Part shown: positions 11,879 to 23,990 of the stretch, piece by piece
Layout of the letters: every line of letters starts with the position of its first letter
Numbering within the stretch: the stretch's first letter is position 1
Source: Spirogloea muscicola
Lineage: Eukaryota
Length of the DNA: 64,000 bases
Assembly (NCBI GenBank): GCA_009602725.1
Contig: WELB01000002.1
Span: 1,968,097-2,032,096, forward strand
Reading direction: 5' to 3'
Program-made: the position numbers and the translations under genes
Notes under the pieces: model-generated
What the model was told of the DNA's origin: nothing
Seen by the model: the letters and a program-made list of their open reading frames with translations, nothing else
Databases searched by the model: none

Positions 11879-14800
11879 TCACACCTCTACCCGCAGCGAC
11901 CGAAATTTGGAACCCTCCAGCACAGGCAGAGTCATTGTCACCCGGCAACTTGCAGAGTCGTAGAGCACATCCACTCCACTTCCATCCAGGATACACTTTC
12001 GAGGTTTCCTTGTCGAGTAAACCACAAAGTCTCCAGAACCCCTGACCAGCATGTCCACTGCACAGCACGCCTTACAACATTGTCAACATGCAGACAATGC
12101 GAGACGGTCTGTAGGGCAAGCAGGCAGGTCCACACACCACCTTGAAGGCCTCATTTAATTGCCAAGGCTGGGTTCTGACAAAAACAACCGCGGCTGGAAT
12201 AGCACCTCCAAGCTCTGGTGGTGAAGCATCCAGGGCTTGCAGCTCCAGACACAGCTGGTCCCTGCTCTCATGCCGCTCTGGGGTACAGGGTGCATGAACA
12301 AGTTCCTGGTACTCGATAGAGTCGATAGCTCCGCCTGAGTTGAACATGCTGACCAAGCCGATGGGGGCGAAGGCCAGTCCTTGGGAGGCCACCTGTGACA
12401 AAAGAAGTGAGGCCACAGTGAGCAGGCAACAAACAAACACCTCAAGAACAGCCACCTATATGACTGAAGGGCCCACGCCGCACGACACACTTGTGTTCTT
12501 GGCAAAATGATGCTCAATGGTGAGGTCCATAGCAAATAGCATGTCCAGAATCACACCTTGATTGGTGCAATTGTGAAAAGCTCGTACTCCAAGACCCCCA
12601 ATGTCAGGGGAAGAGCTGCCCCCTTCACCAAGCGGATGAGTTCACCTGCCAGGCCATTGATACATGTCAGGCAGAGGATGCAATTTAGGTTGCTCCAAGG
12701 CAAAATATTACTCAGCAGCCTCTCCAACCCTACACCTCCTTAAATACTGCACTCCAGAATGACATTACGGGCTAGGCAAATAGTAAAGACCAACGGCGTG
12801 ACTCCACCATAGCAGCATGCATACCTCCTCGGTGGGAGTACGCAACAGAGTCTCCATCCCAGTCCCCCTCAGCCACCTGGCTAAGGTCATTCACATCGCT
12901 GGCCTTGATGATGCTGGTCACAGCTCCAGGCGCAGCATTGTGAATCAAATATTTTCCCCCGGTCTTGCACCATCCAGCTCCCTGCACACAATGCCACCAT
13001 CTTCTTCAAGAGAGGCCAAACAAGGCACAGGCAAGGCACAGCCGCGACTTCTACAATGTGTAGCAAAGACTCCTGGAGGTCACATGTCAAGTATAGTGCC
13101 AAACTGCCACAAGTGGACAAAGTGAAGGCGGGCAGAAGGTGCTACAATTCATTACAACCATCATTGGTCGACAAGCTCAAGGTGGCTGTAGCATATTATT
13201 TAGGACACAGAACAGGTACAGTGACACAAATACAACAGAGGAAGCACTGCACTGACACCAGACATTCTCACCTGACAATTGAAGGCCCCGACAATGCCAT
13301 TGCAGGCATTCATGTTCCACACTTTTAGCATGCTGAGACAAGATGTGGCAAGGAGACGCTTATCAGCATGAATCTATATATTCTGTAATGTCACATGACA
13401 ATCTGCGCTGGTTGTTACCAATAAGCATGTGCCAGTATCCCCACAGCTCACCTCTGGTTGTCTCTAGCTGGGTCCGTGAAGAGGCAATCACGAGTGGGTC
13501 TGCCAGGAAGACGGGCTCGCAAAACGCCACCATCTGGCAGGACTAGTTTCTTGAGAAGCTCGTAGTCGTGCATGTCGGGTTTATCACTGCAGCACGGCAG
13601 ACAACATGTAAGCTTTGTGATACACAGCTGAGTCTTGCTGAGAATTTGTGAGCCACTTTTGACTCCATTCAGGGGCAAACGTGACAACGACAATGACCAG
13701 CTACATCCATGCTTCAAGCCACCACCTTTTGTCCTAGACACCTGTCTCCTTCAAAACTTTCACCTGACATACACGGCACAACCACCGCAAGCACGTGCAG
13801 CAGCATGATACTCAGCCGCTGGATGAAGGCTCTGCATTGCACAAAGTCTGGACATGAGATGACAGGCATGCAAATGCGGGGTAATGGTGCACAGTCAATG
13901 TCCCAGCCCAAAAGCTGCAGCTTGCCGCAGATGACGCGCAACATAAGCGTCACTGCAGTATATGTGTAAGTGCTCGGCACTTTTAGCAGGACAGGGCAGC
14001 TGATGACCAGGACATGGGCTCACATGAAACATATCCCAGTCAGGCTGCATAAATTCCCCAAGAAACAGGCTGTTATATGCCACCTGCAGGGCATAACACA
14101 GCAGAGCTGGCTCATAAGTACTGTTGTAACATGCAGAGCGGCGCTTGGAAAGGGGACGGCGAAACATAGACTGCACAAGGCCCCTGTACACTTAAAGTCA
14201 ATGCTGATCTGGTGACTTGACAGACTCATGTTCCTAGCTACAACAATACAATTATTTCTGCTTGCCTCACCGAAGCAATGTGGACAGTGTGCGATGCTGG
14301 ATCCCTGGGCCAGAAGTCATCTGATGCTCGCACTACAGCCGTGTGCTTTGAGCTGATGAAAGGTGTTCAAATCTCAGTGGTGAGAATGGGACTCAATGCC
14401 GTTAGGAAACAATCACTCCACATGTCACTGAACAATTATGTCAACAAGGTAGAGAACCAATTCTCCTATGATGCATGCAACAGGCAGTCTCCTCCAAATA
14501 CCCAACATAGCTGTTCCTAGACCTAGACCAAACCATACCCGCCCCCTCTCATCATCCAGGGCGAAGAGCATGATGAAGGCATCAACAGCTATGATTGCAA
14601 GTCAAATCCAGCTCCTACCTGTAAAGCCCGTCAGTGTTGTGGCTCATGCAGGCAATGATGCCATTGTCTGGGAAATTGCGCCCAATGGACGCTTCCAAAG
14701 CAGCATGATACTGCTTTGCCATGGCAACTCTTCCACCATGGCCAGCACCCAGCGTTTCCAGAATATTCTGAGAGTCGACCTGGACTCAAAGAAGCAGTAG

Positions 14801-17800
14801 CACATCAGCACACAACATACCAAACGTCCTTCCTCTTGAATGGGCAGTCAGTCTTCCGATCAGTCTTCAAGGTGGCAGGGCCAAAATACTTACATTCAGA
14901 CAGTAAAGAACAAACAAAGGCCTGATCACATCAAAGATCTCACCTTCACTCCATCAATGCCTGCTGAAGCAAGGTATGCATGCATGTCATTGTAGAAGTC
15001 ATGGATCCTGCTGGGGTGCACGACGCCCAGGCCGTTGGTCGTGAGGCTATCCATGGCCATGTCGGGCGCATTGCCAAGCACACCTGGTGTGTGTACAGGG
15101 TATGTTAGTGCAGTCTCGTATCTTCCAAATAGATCGGGCTTGATTCCTCCCCAGTACCCCATAAGTGCGTGCCACACATAGATATACCTGCACATGGACG
15201 GACAGGTAGGACTACCATGAGCAGCCTATATCCCTTACAATGAAGGCCACAGTCTCTGATCCACTCGTATCGGATACCCACTCCAGCCTGCTAGTAAGCA
15301 AAACTCATCAAGCACAGCCGCATACGGCTGTGCACCGTACTTGACATCGTGCAGCTCCTTGGCATCCCGCACAACATCCCCAAGTCCAAGTATGGCCTCG
15401 ATCCCACTGGCCTCCTCTGGCGCAGTGCGTCTTCTCTTGCTGTTTCTGAGGAACTTCTGATTCTCCTTAAGGTCCACCAATCTGTTTGCATACCTATGAC
15501 AACAACAGAAAGCAGCCATGGAGGGTATGACATTCAACTGCAGATGAACTCAACGTTGTAAGCTGGGCACAGAGCCTAGACGGCAATCGAGCAGACCCAA
15601 ACCCCCCACTCCGGCCATCAGCAGAATCCAGGAACCTTCATAAACCCTACACCTAAACCCTAAACCTAACCCTAACACGTAACCCTAAACCCCAGTCGCC
15701 AGCTAATGTGGGCGAGCACAGGAGGGAAGGGGTAGCAGGCAAGCCGGAGGTCTCACTGTGTTCCCTGAGTGATGACAGCGCCATCTACATCCAGCCCCTC
15801 GTCTGCTGCGACTGACTGCCAGCCGTCGTCGATGATGAGGAACTTTGCTGGTGTCCCTCCTTTAGCCAAGCTGGGCACCACGACAATCCTGGAAATGTGA
15901 GCTCCACATTCTACCTGCAGCTAACTGCTACTTGCAGCATGCCGCTAGACAGCCACCAGCCCTCGCACAAGACAGCCCTCGCACCCGGGCAAGAAGCGAA
16001 GCAAAGCCCGACCTGGTAAGCCCGCTGTCGACGCCCTCGGCATTCACGTCAGTGTAGAAGGCATCCCATGTGCACCATCCGAAGTAGTCCAGCATTCCAG
16101 GCATCTGGTAAGAGTCCGTCCAGTAAGGCAAGAGGCCGTCAGAGGGCCTACAACATCTCAGCAGCATGACAGGTTGCAAACTGGGTTGCACAAGGCGAGC
16201 ACGTTGAACAAACTTTGAATGCTCAACGCAAGACCCGCTCTGGCGAAACAAGCCTGTGGCTGTCTGACCTTCTTGTTCTTGCGGGAGACGAATGATTGGG
16301 AGAGGAGCTCAAGCGAACTGCGACACAAGTGCCCACAAGTCGTGAGAAGTCTATGGCTAACAAGACCGGCTGCACGAAGACACAAGCTCCCCCTGGCACT
16401 CCCGCAAGGACGTACCCCCTTGGCGGGTGCCAGACAAACCCAGGCCCACCCAACCTAAGCTGCAATGCTACAATGGGTGCAAGACAAAGCAGGAGTCGGT
16501 CTGTGCCCAGTGACTACGTGCCCATTGGTGTTTGTCAAGGGTGCCTCATCTGGCTCGCACTAGCTTTGTGACCATTCTCAGCTTAACAGATGACGGGTGA
16601 ACGTGACAGACGGCGCCACCAAGGCAGTGCTTAGGGACGGGGGCTGATGGCAGGAACGGTAGGTGAATGGATGATATGCTCACTCTACAGCGTCAGCAAT
16701 GACTTTGTACGGGTCCGGCCCAGAATTTACAAACAAGGCTTTCACAGACTGGTCCACTTTGACAGAGGGACAACCTGCAGCAACAACCTTGCAAATCAAG
16801 AGATGCACATGCAGCCCTGCAGGAGAAGCCCCAGATGCCGACCTCGCCACTTAAAGCAGCAACACAGATGGGAGACCCGAGGGGAGGGCTGACTGATGTG
16901 TGCAAGTGAGTCTCTGACATCGTGCTCTATGCAACCTAATGCGTCAGCTGAAGCCGCTTCCCCCCGACGAACGGCAGGAGGTAAAAGGGCGATGCCGCTG
17001 CCCTCTGCAGCCGCTCCCTCCTCCCCCATCCCTCCAGACTCAGTCTGAGCGCGAGCTGCAGCAGGAAAGCGATGAGAGCTCACCGCTCTCAAGGCAGATC
17101 TCGACCTCGTCGTCGAGGTTGCCTTGGAGGGATGCCCTGAACGCACCATCCAGCTGCGGGAGGAAGACCGTGTACATGACCTCCCCGCCAACAGCTCCCA
17201 CGTCATCCTTGTCATCCTCGCTCTCCACGAGGAGAAACTGCGTCTCGAGCGGCAGCTGCTTGCCGCAAGACCCCATGGCCTGGGTCATCCACCACAACTT
17301 GAAGCGGAAGCAGGCCATGAAGCGGAGGCCTCTGCGCACGCAAGGGCAACCAGGTGCCAAGTGAGGTGAGCGAGCAGGTGTGCCAGCCAGCAAGGCAACC
17401 TGACAATGCAAAAGCCTATCTCTCTCTGCCAAGCCCTACGCCCTGCAGCCCTGCCAGGTATGCAAACCCTCATGCGACGGCCCATGCCGACTCACAGAAT
17501 AAAAATTTCATGTCTCCTGCCACGCAGCGGAGGGACCAGTGACCAGCAGCAGCTTCGAAAGAATGGGTGCGGCCAGGCGACTGCATGCGAAAGCGCACCT
17601 GAGCTTCCCGATGGAGAAGACGTGGCGGCTCTTGGGCTCAGCAGCGGTGAATCCGATGTAGACCCCCTCCACGCCAGCTGGCGCACAGACGGACACATTG
17701 CTCGGCACGTCGCCGAGGACCTTTCTGCCGTGTACGATCAGGTCGCCGCCGGCAATGCATATCTCTGCCAGCACCGCAGGCCACAGGGAGCTCAACCGTC

Positions 17801-18308
17801 AACCCCAAACCTCGACTCTTTCCGGCACCTCTTCTAGTGTTAGCGCGAGGGACGGCGGCGGCCCGCGGCGTCTGGCAAGGTGCACTCGCGGCTTCGGCAG
17901 CCACAGTGAGTGACACAGGTCGACGAGCGTACTTGGATCAGCCTGTAGCTCGAAGGGGGGCGTGGCAGCCACCATCCTCTCGAGCAGGGCCGTGTCGGCA
18001 GCCACAGCACTGGCACGCAGAGTCGTCAGCCGGTGCCGGGCGGCCTGCAAGGCCGGGCGGCGGCCGAGGGCGGTGGCGGCGGCGGGGCGGAGGCGCAGGC
18101 CGAAGAGGGCCGCGTAGGCAGGCGGGGCGGAGGGAGCGGGGCCCAGGAAAAGAGGAATGATCCAAGGACGGGAAGCGGTGAGAAAAGCAAGCACACGGCA
18201 GAAACGGAACCCCTGATCAAGCGGGGCGCGCCGCCGAAGCGGGCCCCGTGGATCGGGCGGCGTCGGCGAAGATCCCCCGGGCGGCCGTGCGGGCGTGGCC
18301 GCGCCCAT
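11879..18308 (-). CDS. SIP2: GH36 seed-imbibition protein / raffinose synthase family (alkaline alpha-galactosidase type), multi-exon
   Basis: [110 protein letters not shown], last exon VRGSGDF..RVEV* (stop 11879-11881). The start codon is uncertain. Confidence 0.92.
15641..15693. repeat. Degenerate interstitial telomere-like repeat (CCCTAAA/CCCTAA)n inside a SIP intron
   Basis: taaaccctacacctaaaccctaaacctaaccctaacacgtaaccctaaaccc. Confidence 0.6.
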
Positions 18309-18577
18309 CTGCCACGCCTGGCGCGGCCCGCGCCGCCCGATCCACGTCGGCGCGCATCGCACGGCGCCCGCGCGCTCGGTGGGCCCCGCCCTCACCCACC
18401 TGCCTTCCCGCCGCGGGGCTGACCGCGTCCCCCCCGCCTCCGCAGCCGTCGGCTGGCGCCCGCTTGGACCCCGCTTGGCTCCAGCTTGGACCAAGCTTCA
18501 CCCCCACGAAAAGCGCCCCCGACGGCGCCGGCCGTCCCTGGCGCCCGCCACCTACCCCATCTCATCCGACCCCTCCG

Positions 18578-20500
18578 CTTCTCAGTCCTTCGCACTCCGG
18601 CTCCCATTCCTTTGGGCTGGCCTCTCCCAGCCACCACTTAATCTGGCCGCGCTTGCTCCGCTTCTTCTGCTTCCGTGCAGGCCCCGGTGCCTGCGTTCCT
18701 TCCTCTCTGCCTGCACTGTGCAGTAGTGGCTCGATCAGACCTACATCCCGGTCATCTTGATTATCCTACATGGCTCCTTGCCTAGTCACGTCTTGCAGAG
18801 CTTGTCGGCCCCTTCGGCGTTGTCAATTCTCTTCGGGCGGAGCTGTTCCGAGGCCGCGACTCTGGGAGTTCCACTTTCTAATCTGGCGGCGGGCACGTAT
18901 TGACCGACATGTGTCGTTGACCCCCGCCACGTACCGTCAGACGATCGGAGAAGCCACTGTCACTCACCCGCCACGAAGCTGGGCGGCGAGTAAGCATAGT
19001 CCACGCTCGAGAAGAGCAGCCTGTAGAAGAGTACCTGCGTGCCCGCAGAGCCCTCGCTGCTGCCTCTGGCTCTGGCCAGGGGACCCACTTCCAGGAGCCT
19101 AGCTTCTCTGACCTGAGGCTGCTTAGCAGAGGTTACTGAGGAATACGTAGCTGCTTTGTTTCTTGTTGTGCTTGTTTTTCTTAGTGCTTTCCCTGGCCCC
19201 CTTCTCGTACTTCGTTCCCTCTCTTTGGGGCTGGCTTTTCCAGCCCCTATCCTCAATGGGCGAGCCCTTTCTTTCTGTGCGTAGAGCGCTTCGATCTCAT
19301 GCGCACCGCTGCCTTCTACGCTGCCGTTCTCGATATATCCCTCCAGCGGTCCATGGCCCACGCTTTTCACCTGGCGTGCTGGCCGTGCTCTCACTGCCGC
19401 CTCTGGCTTTGTCAGGGGTATAGTTTTCCGGCAGCTAGTCTGTCGCATTTGAGGCTCCTCACTCGTAGCTACTGAGTGGTCCATCCTCCACCCGTTCTGA
19501 CATAGCATCTTCCGGCCCCTCCGTCACTGTTGCTTTAAGCCCCTCCGTCATTTGGCCACTTCGACCCTCTGTCAATTCTTTTCGGGCTAGGCTTCTCACA
19601 GCCCTTGCCCCCTCTGGGAGAGCCGCTTCTTTTAGTTGCTATAGAGTGACTCATCCTACCCCAGATTTTTGAGATTAAGCTTCTGGCTTCTTCGTACTTT
19701 GGCCCCTTAGAACCTTGTCAAATTCATCTCGGGCTGGCTTCTCACAGCCCTTGCCCCCATCGGGAGAGCCACTTTCTTTCTACGGATGCCCTGGTACAGG
19801 AATGGCGAAGTGCCTCGGCTCGGCCACCCCCTTGTCTCATTCTTTCCGGGCTGGTTCTTCACAGCCCAGATGCCCATTGGAACAGCTATTTCTCTGATGC
19901 CGGGGCGACCACTTCTTCCCATGCGCCATGGACATCTACGGCGGCTACGGAACGATGTGGTCTTCCCTCATCCATCGCCTGGCACTGCATGTCGATGCCC
20001 GCCGACGTAGTCGGGCGGGTAGCTTGGGGCATTCTAGCGTCCCGCAAGCCATTGTTGCATGCTGTAGAATGCGACTATCATTAAGTCTACAGCGCTCCCA
20101 GGCACTCGCGATACACCAGCGTGCTGGTCGTGCATTAGCCCAGGCTAATGGCTTCCGTGGTGGTGCGTTGGCGCCTCAGTATAGCTTGTCAGATATGCAT
20201 GTGCTCACTCGGGAATATTAGTGTCCCCCTTAGCCCAGCTCATTACCCAGTTAACAGGAGGATGATCTTGACGCCTAGAATTGGCCTCCCTTTCAATCTC
20301 ATGCGCACCGCCCGCCTTCTCTCACTGATGCGCACCGTGCGCCTCCTCTCTGACTCTTGCTTTGCCTTCACCCTCCGCCCTGGCTCACAGCAAGACCATC
20401 CTCCGCAGTGTCTCACCCAGCCCGGGCAAGCCAGGAGAGATGGCGCGCGCTGCGCATGAAACAAAAGGGGAGGCCAGACCAAGCCAGCACACTGTTTGTA
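18578..20500. mobile_element. Stack of about 9 CRE-like 3' fragments upstream of the SIP gene
   Basis: Includes MDIYGGYG..CRMRLSLSLQRSQALAIHQRAGRALA..SLSDMHVLTREY* (19928-20221), ..EPSFSDLRLLSRGY* (about 19040-19139) and several GGGCTGG..CAGCCC 3' ends. Confidence 0.85.
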
Positions 20501-21729
20501 AGAAGAACCAGGAATCCGAGTGGGTATGAGGTAACGGAACGCTTTATTCAACTGAAGGCGGACTTCAGCACCCACGAGTGAGTCACGAGCGGCACCCGGA
20601 ATGGCGCAGCACTACCGACGATGGCGCGTGTCTGCAGGCGTGGCAGCCCACAGCACGGCCCATAGGTCAAAGGGGTGGAAAAAGAGAACAGGATTACGTG
20701 TATTTGAAACAAACGAATTCCACATGGCCAAGTACAAAGGCAAGCACATCTGAAGACATACATAATCTACAGCAGATTGACCCGCTCAGTAACCACGGGT
20801 CAAAACATGAAGGTCGCTAACCGATGCCTGAATACGAGACGGCAGATACGAATCGGACGCAGCAGCCCATGGCATAGGGCTGCTGCGTCCGAAGCACTGT
20901 GCTGGTGCTCCGCGCAGACACGCGCTTCGCCTCCAGTGCTGCAGTCGCTGAGCACCCCGCCTGACGGCAGTGCTGCCGGCTGTTCATCCTTGTCGCGGCC
21001 AACAGCGTCTGCAGGAGAGAGGCGCCGTACTCGGTCATGGCAAAGGGCGCATCATGGCATGCATCATGGCAGCAAGTGCCTCGTGCTCGAGCTGCCAGCC
21101 TAGCACGTCAACTGGCGGCCTTGCAAGCTTGGCTTGGCGTTGTTGGGGGCGCCTTGCCTTGGTCCTGCTGTTCGGTCTTCCTGTCTTGCTTGTGTCTCCG
21201 GCAAGTCAGCTTGCTACACCACCTCTCAAGGTCGCCAGACTTCGTCCAAAGGACAGCTATGACCTTGAGATGCTCAACATCCGCCTGCGTTTGATCCAGG
21301 GTGGCAACATTGGCGGCCTGTATTTCCCATCCAACGACAAGTCTAGGAGCTGCGTCCACTGTGTGCCGCCAGTAAGGACTTCGCCTCTTTCCCATACCCG
21401 CACGACCTACCCTGTTCTGACCGTCTACATGGGCCAGCCCCACGCGTGTCGCCCTAATGATGTGGATGCAATCCTAGTCCGCTCCAGTACAACACAATGG
21501 CCTCTCCGACACTAGTAGACCGCTTATCCAATTGAGTTTGGACCCTTTATAGGATTTCTTCCTCTCTTGCGCGGTCTTACCAACAAACGGCCCCACACAT
21601 ACTTCGGCCTCGCTCACTGGCCCCCCAATGGGGCATTTGCCAAACGCTTTCCATTCATATGCCTGGGCCTGGCCATGATAACAATGCGTCCTGGGAGGCG
21701 CAAGCGCATCAAGCTGCCCAGCGGCTGTG

Positions 21730-23658
21730 TCAGGATCCACAGCAGCTGGATGCTGTTTTAGGAGCACCACCTGTCCCGGCGTTTGGGAGGATGATCTTGA
21801 CGCCAGGCCCTGGCGCCGCCCCCTGTGTGCTGTCCTCTGCAATCAAGGCCTTCCGACTGACAATCCTGCGCACCAGAACGAGCTGACGGCTGATCAGTCT
21901 GCGGATAGTACGCCAGCTTCCGGAAAGTGGACTGCAACAACCATATTGGGGTCCATGGTCTCCAGCCAACTTGGCTAGATGAATCTCAAACGCAATCTCA
22001 CAAATCTGCACGCCCACACTGCCGGAGGATGCAGCAACTTGTGACTGCAGCCACGCTGGGCGCGGCAGAGGAAAACAGACTTGCACTGACAGAGTGTAGC
22101 AGCTCAATGCAAGGAGAGGTGCACTGTGCACTTGCCTCAAGGGCCTGCAGAAAGCTCGTGCTCTGTGAAAGGTTTGCAGGTGTATGGATCGCACCTTGCA
22201 TGCAAAACAGGTGAGAGTGGACGGGGGCAGCTGATGAAGTACAGACTGACCTGTAAATCTCAGTCAGGACCATGGTGAATGCTGACTCCACATTGGTGCA
22301 TTCTAGTGCGGACGTCTCCATAAATGCAACCCCCTGCTTCTTTGCCAGGTCCTTTGCTTCGCTGGTCCCTACAGAACGTTGATCTGAAAGGTCCGACTTG
22401 TTGCCAACCAGCATGATGAAGATGTTGGAGTCTGCATGTGCCCGCAGCTCCTCTAGCCAGCGCTCCACATGCTCAAACGTGGCTCTCTTGGTCATATCGT
22501 AAACGACCATGGCTCCAACTGCACCTCTGTAGTAGGCGCTTGTCACTGCCCGATACCTGCAACAAGGAAATGATCTGTCAAGCATCAAGAATGCCTCTTG
22601 CGTGCCAAGCAGGACCTGAGTACCGGAGCCTGGTTTGTAACGTGTCAGCTCCACCTTGCCATGTCAAACTAGCTGTCTCCTCAACTGAAGCCGATAAGAA
22701 GAGACTCAGATACTGTTGCACATCAGCTTGTATTTTCACATGACACACTTACCAGACAGACAGCTACATTTCTGACGCCTGCGATTCGTTGCTCAATCAG
22801 AGGCAAAAACTACTCTAGCAGACTGTTTCTCAGCCTGCTTGTCCCAAGCAAGCCAGCCCGTCTTCGTGATGCAAAACCCTACCCCTTCATTACTAAGGGA
22901 GTAGGGTTGTATGACAGAGGCCATCTCTGGCATGTAGTGCAGGCTAAGGTACAGCGCAGCCAAATGGTATGCTCACGAGCCATGTTACAATCCTATATTG
23001 AGTAAGTCACCGGTGCACGCACATAAAAATCTGGAATGAAGTGCTGCGCACAGCAAGCAGCGTTGAGTGGGAAACCAAGCCCATTTCTTTGAGTTGGAAA
23101 GTAGGTCCTGTGAAGCTGCGGGATGACCACGCCGTGCTGACTGCAGACTGCAAGGCAGCAGATAATGCAGCCCGAGCATACTGTCTGAGGCGTGACTGGG
23201 AACCAGGTAGGACTTCTGACTGCCTTGTGGCAATTGAGATGTTGAGGCGAGTGCCGTCTCACCTCTCTTGGCCAGCAGTGTCCCAAATTTGAGCCTTGAC
23301 GACTTTGTTCTCCACGGTCATCGTCCTGGTCTGAAACTCCACCCCAATGGTGGCCTTGGAGTCGAATGCAAACTCGTTCCGAGCGAACCTCGAAAGCAGC
23401 TGCGATTTCCCCACGGCTGCAACCAGCAAACCCAGGACTTTTGAGGCTCCTCTAGTGGACGGCCAATCGTAACGGAGATAGCAACACTTCCTGCACTGCC
23501 ATGCAGACAAGCTCTGCATGTCCCCAATTTCGTAAGGGATTCCTTGACCTGCTCGATGGCGGATGCGTGTGCAATTAACAACCTGAGTCGCCAATGAGGA
23601 CGATCTTGAAGACATAGTCCACCTTCGGCTCCTGGCCGCCATACCCGGACCCCTTCAT
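21730..23658 (-). CDS. RABA4: Rab11/RabA small GTPase (RabA4-like)
   Basis: [86 protein letters not shown]..|IVSRKAL..SSCCGS* (prenylation motif). The subclade call rests on the KSQLL/QTRT signature. Confidence 0.93.
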
Positions 23659-23990
23659 GGCGACCAGGGCGCAGCGACAGGTGCCCCCTTCAGGCGCTCT
23701 TGCAGGCTGTCGCTGCCACCACCGGCAGGTCCAGATTCCGTCTGCAGACTACGGCGGCGTCGGGCACCCAGAAGGCTCACGTCTGCCGCCAAGTCTCAGG
23801 GAGGCCGGGCCCTTCCGCAGGGAGGCGCTGGCGAGAAGCCCCGGGGGTCCCCGACCGTCGGCGGCACGGGATGGTGGCGCGGGGGCATCTGAGGAGGCCG
23901 CGGCGGCTGCTACACCAGAGGGCCCGCGGAGAGGGGGCGCGGAAGCTGGCGGCGGCGGCGGCGGTGGCGGACAGTGGGCAGGTGGGGGTT

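Noticed and set aside
20800..21500. Short ORFs between the LINE stack and RabA, and similar coding-like stretches near 1920-2300 and 35400-35700
   Set aside because: No recognisable domain, and interrupted by stops. Possibly decayed TE, but not supportable from the sequence alone.
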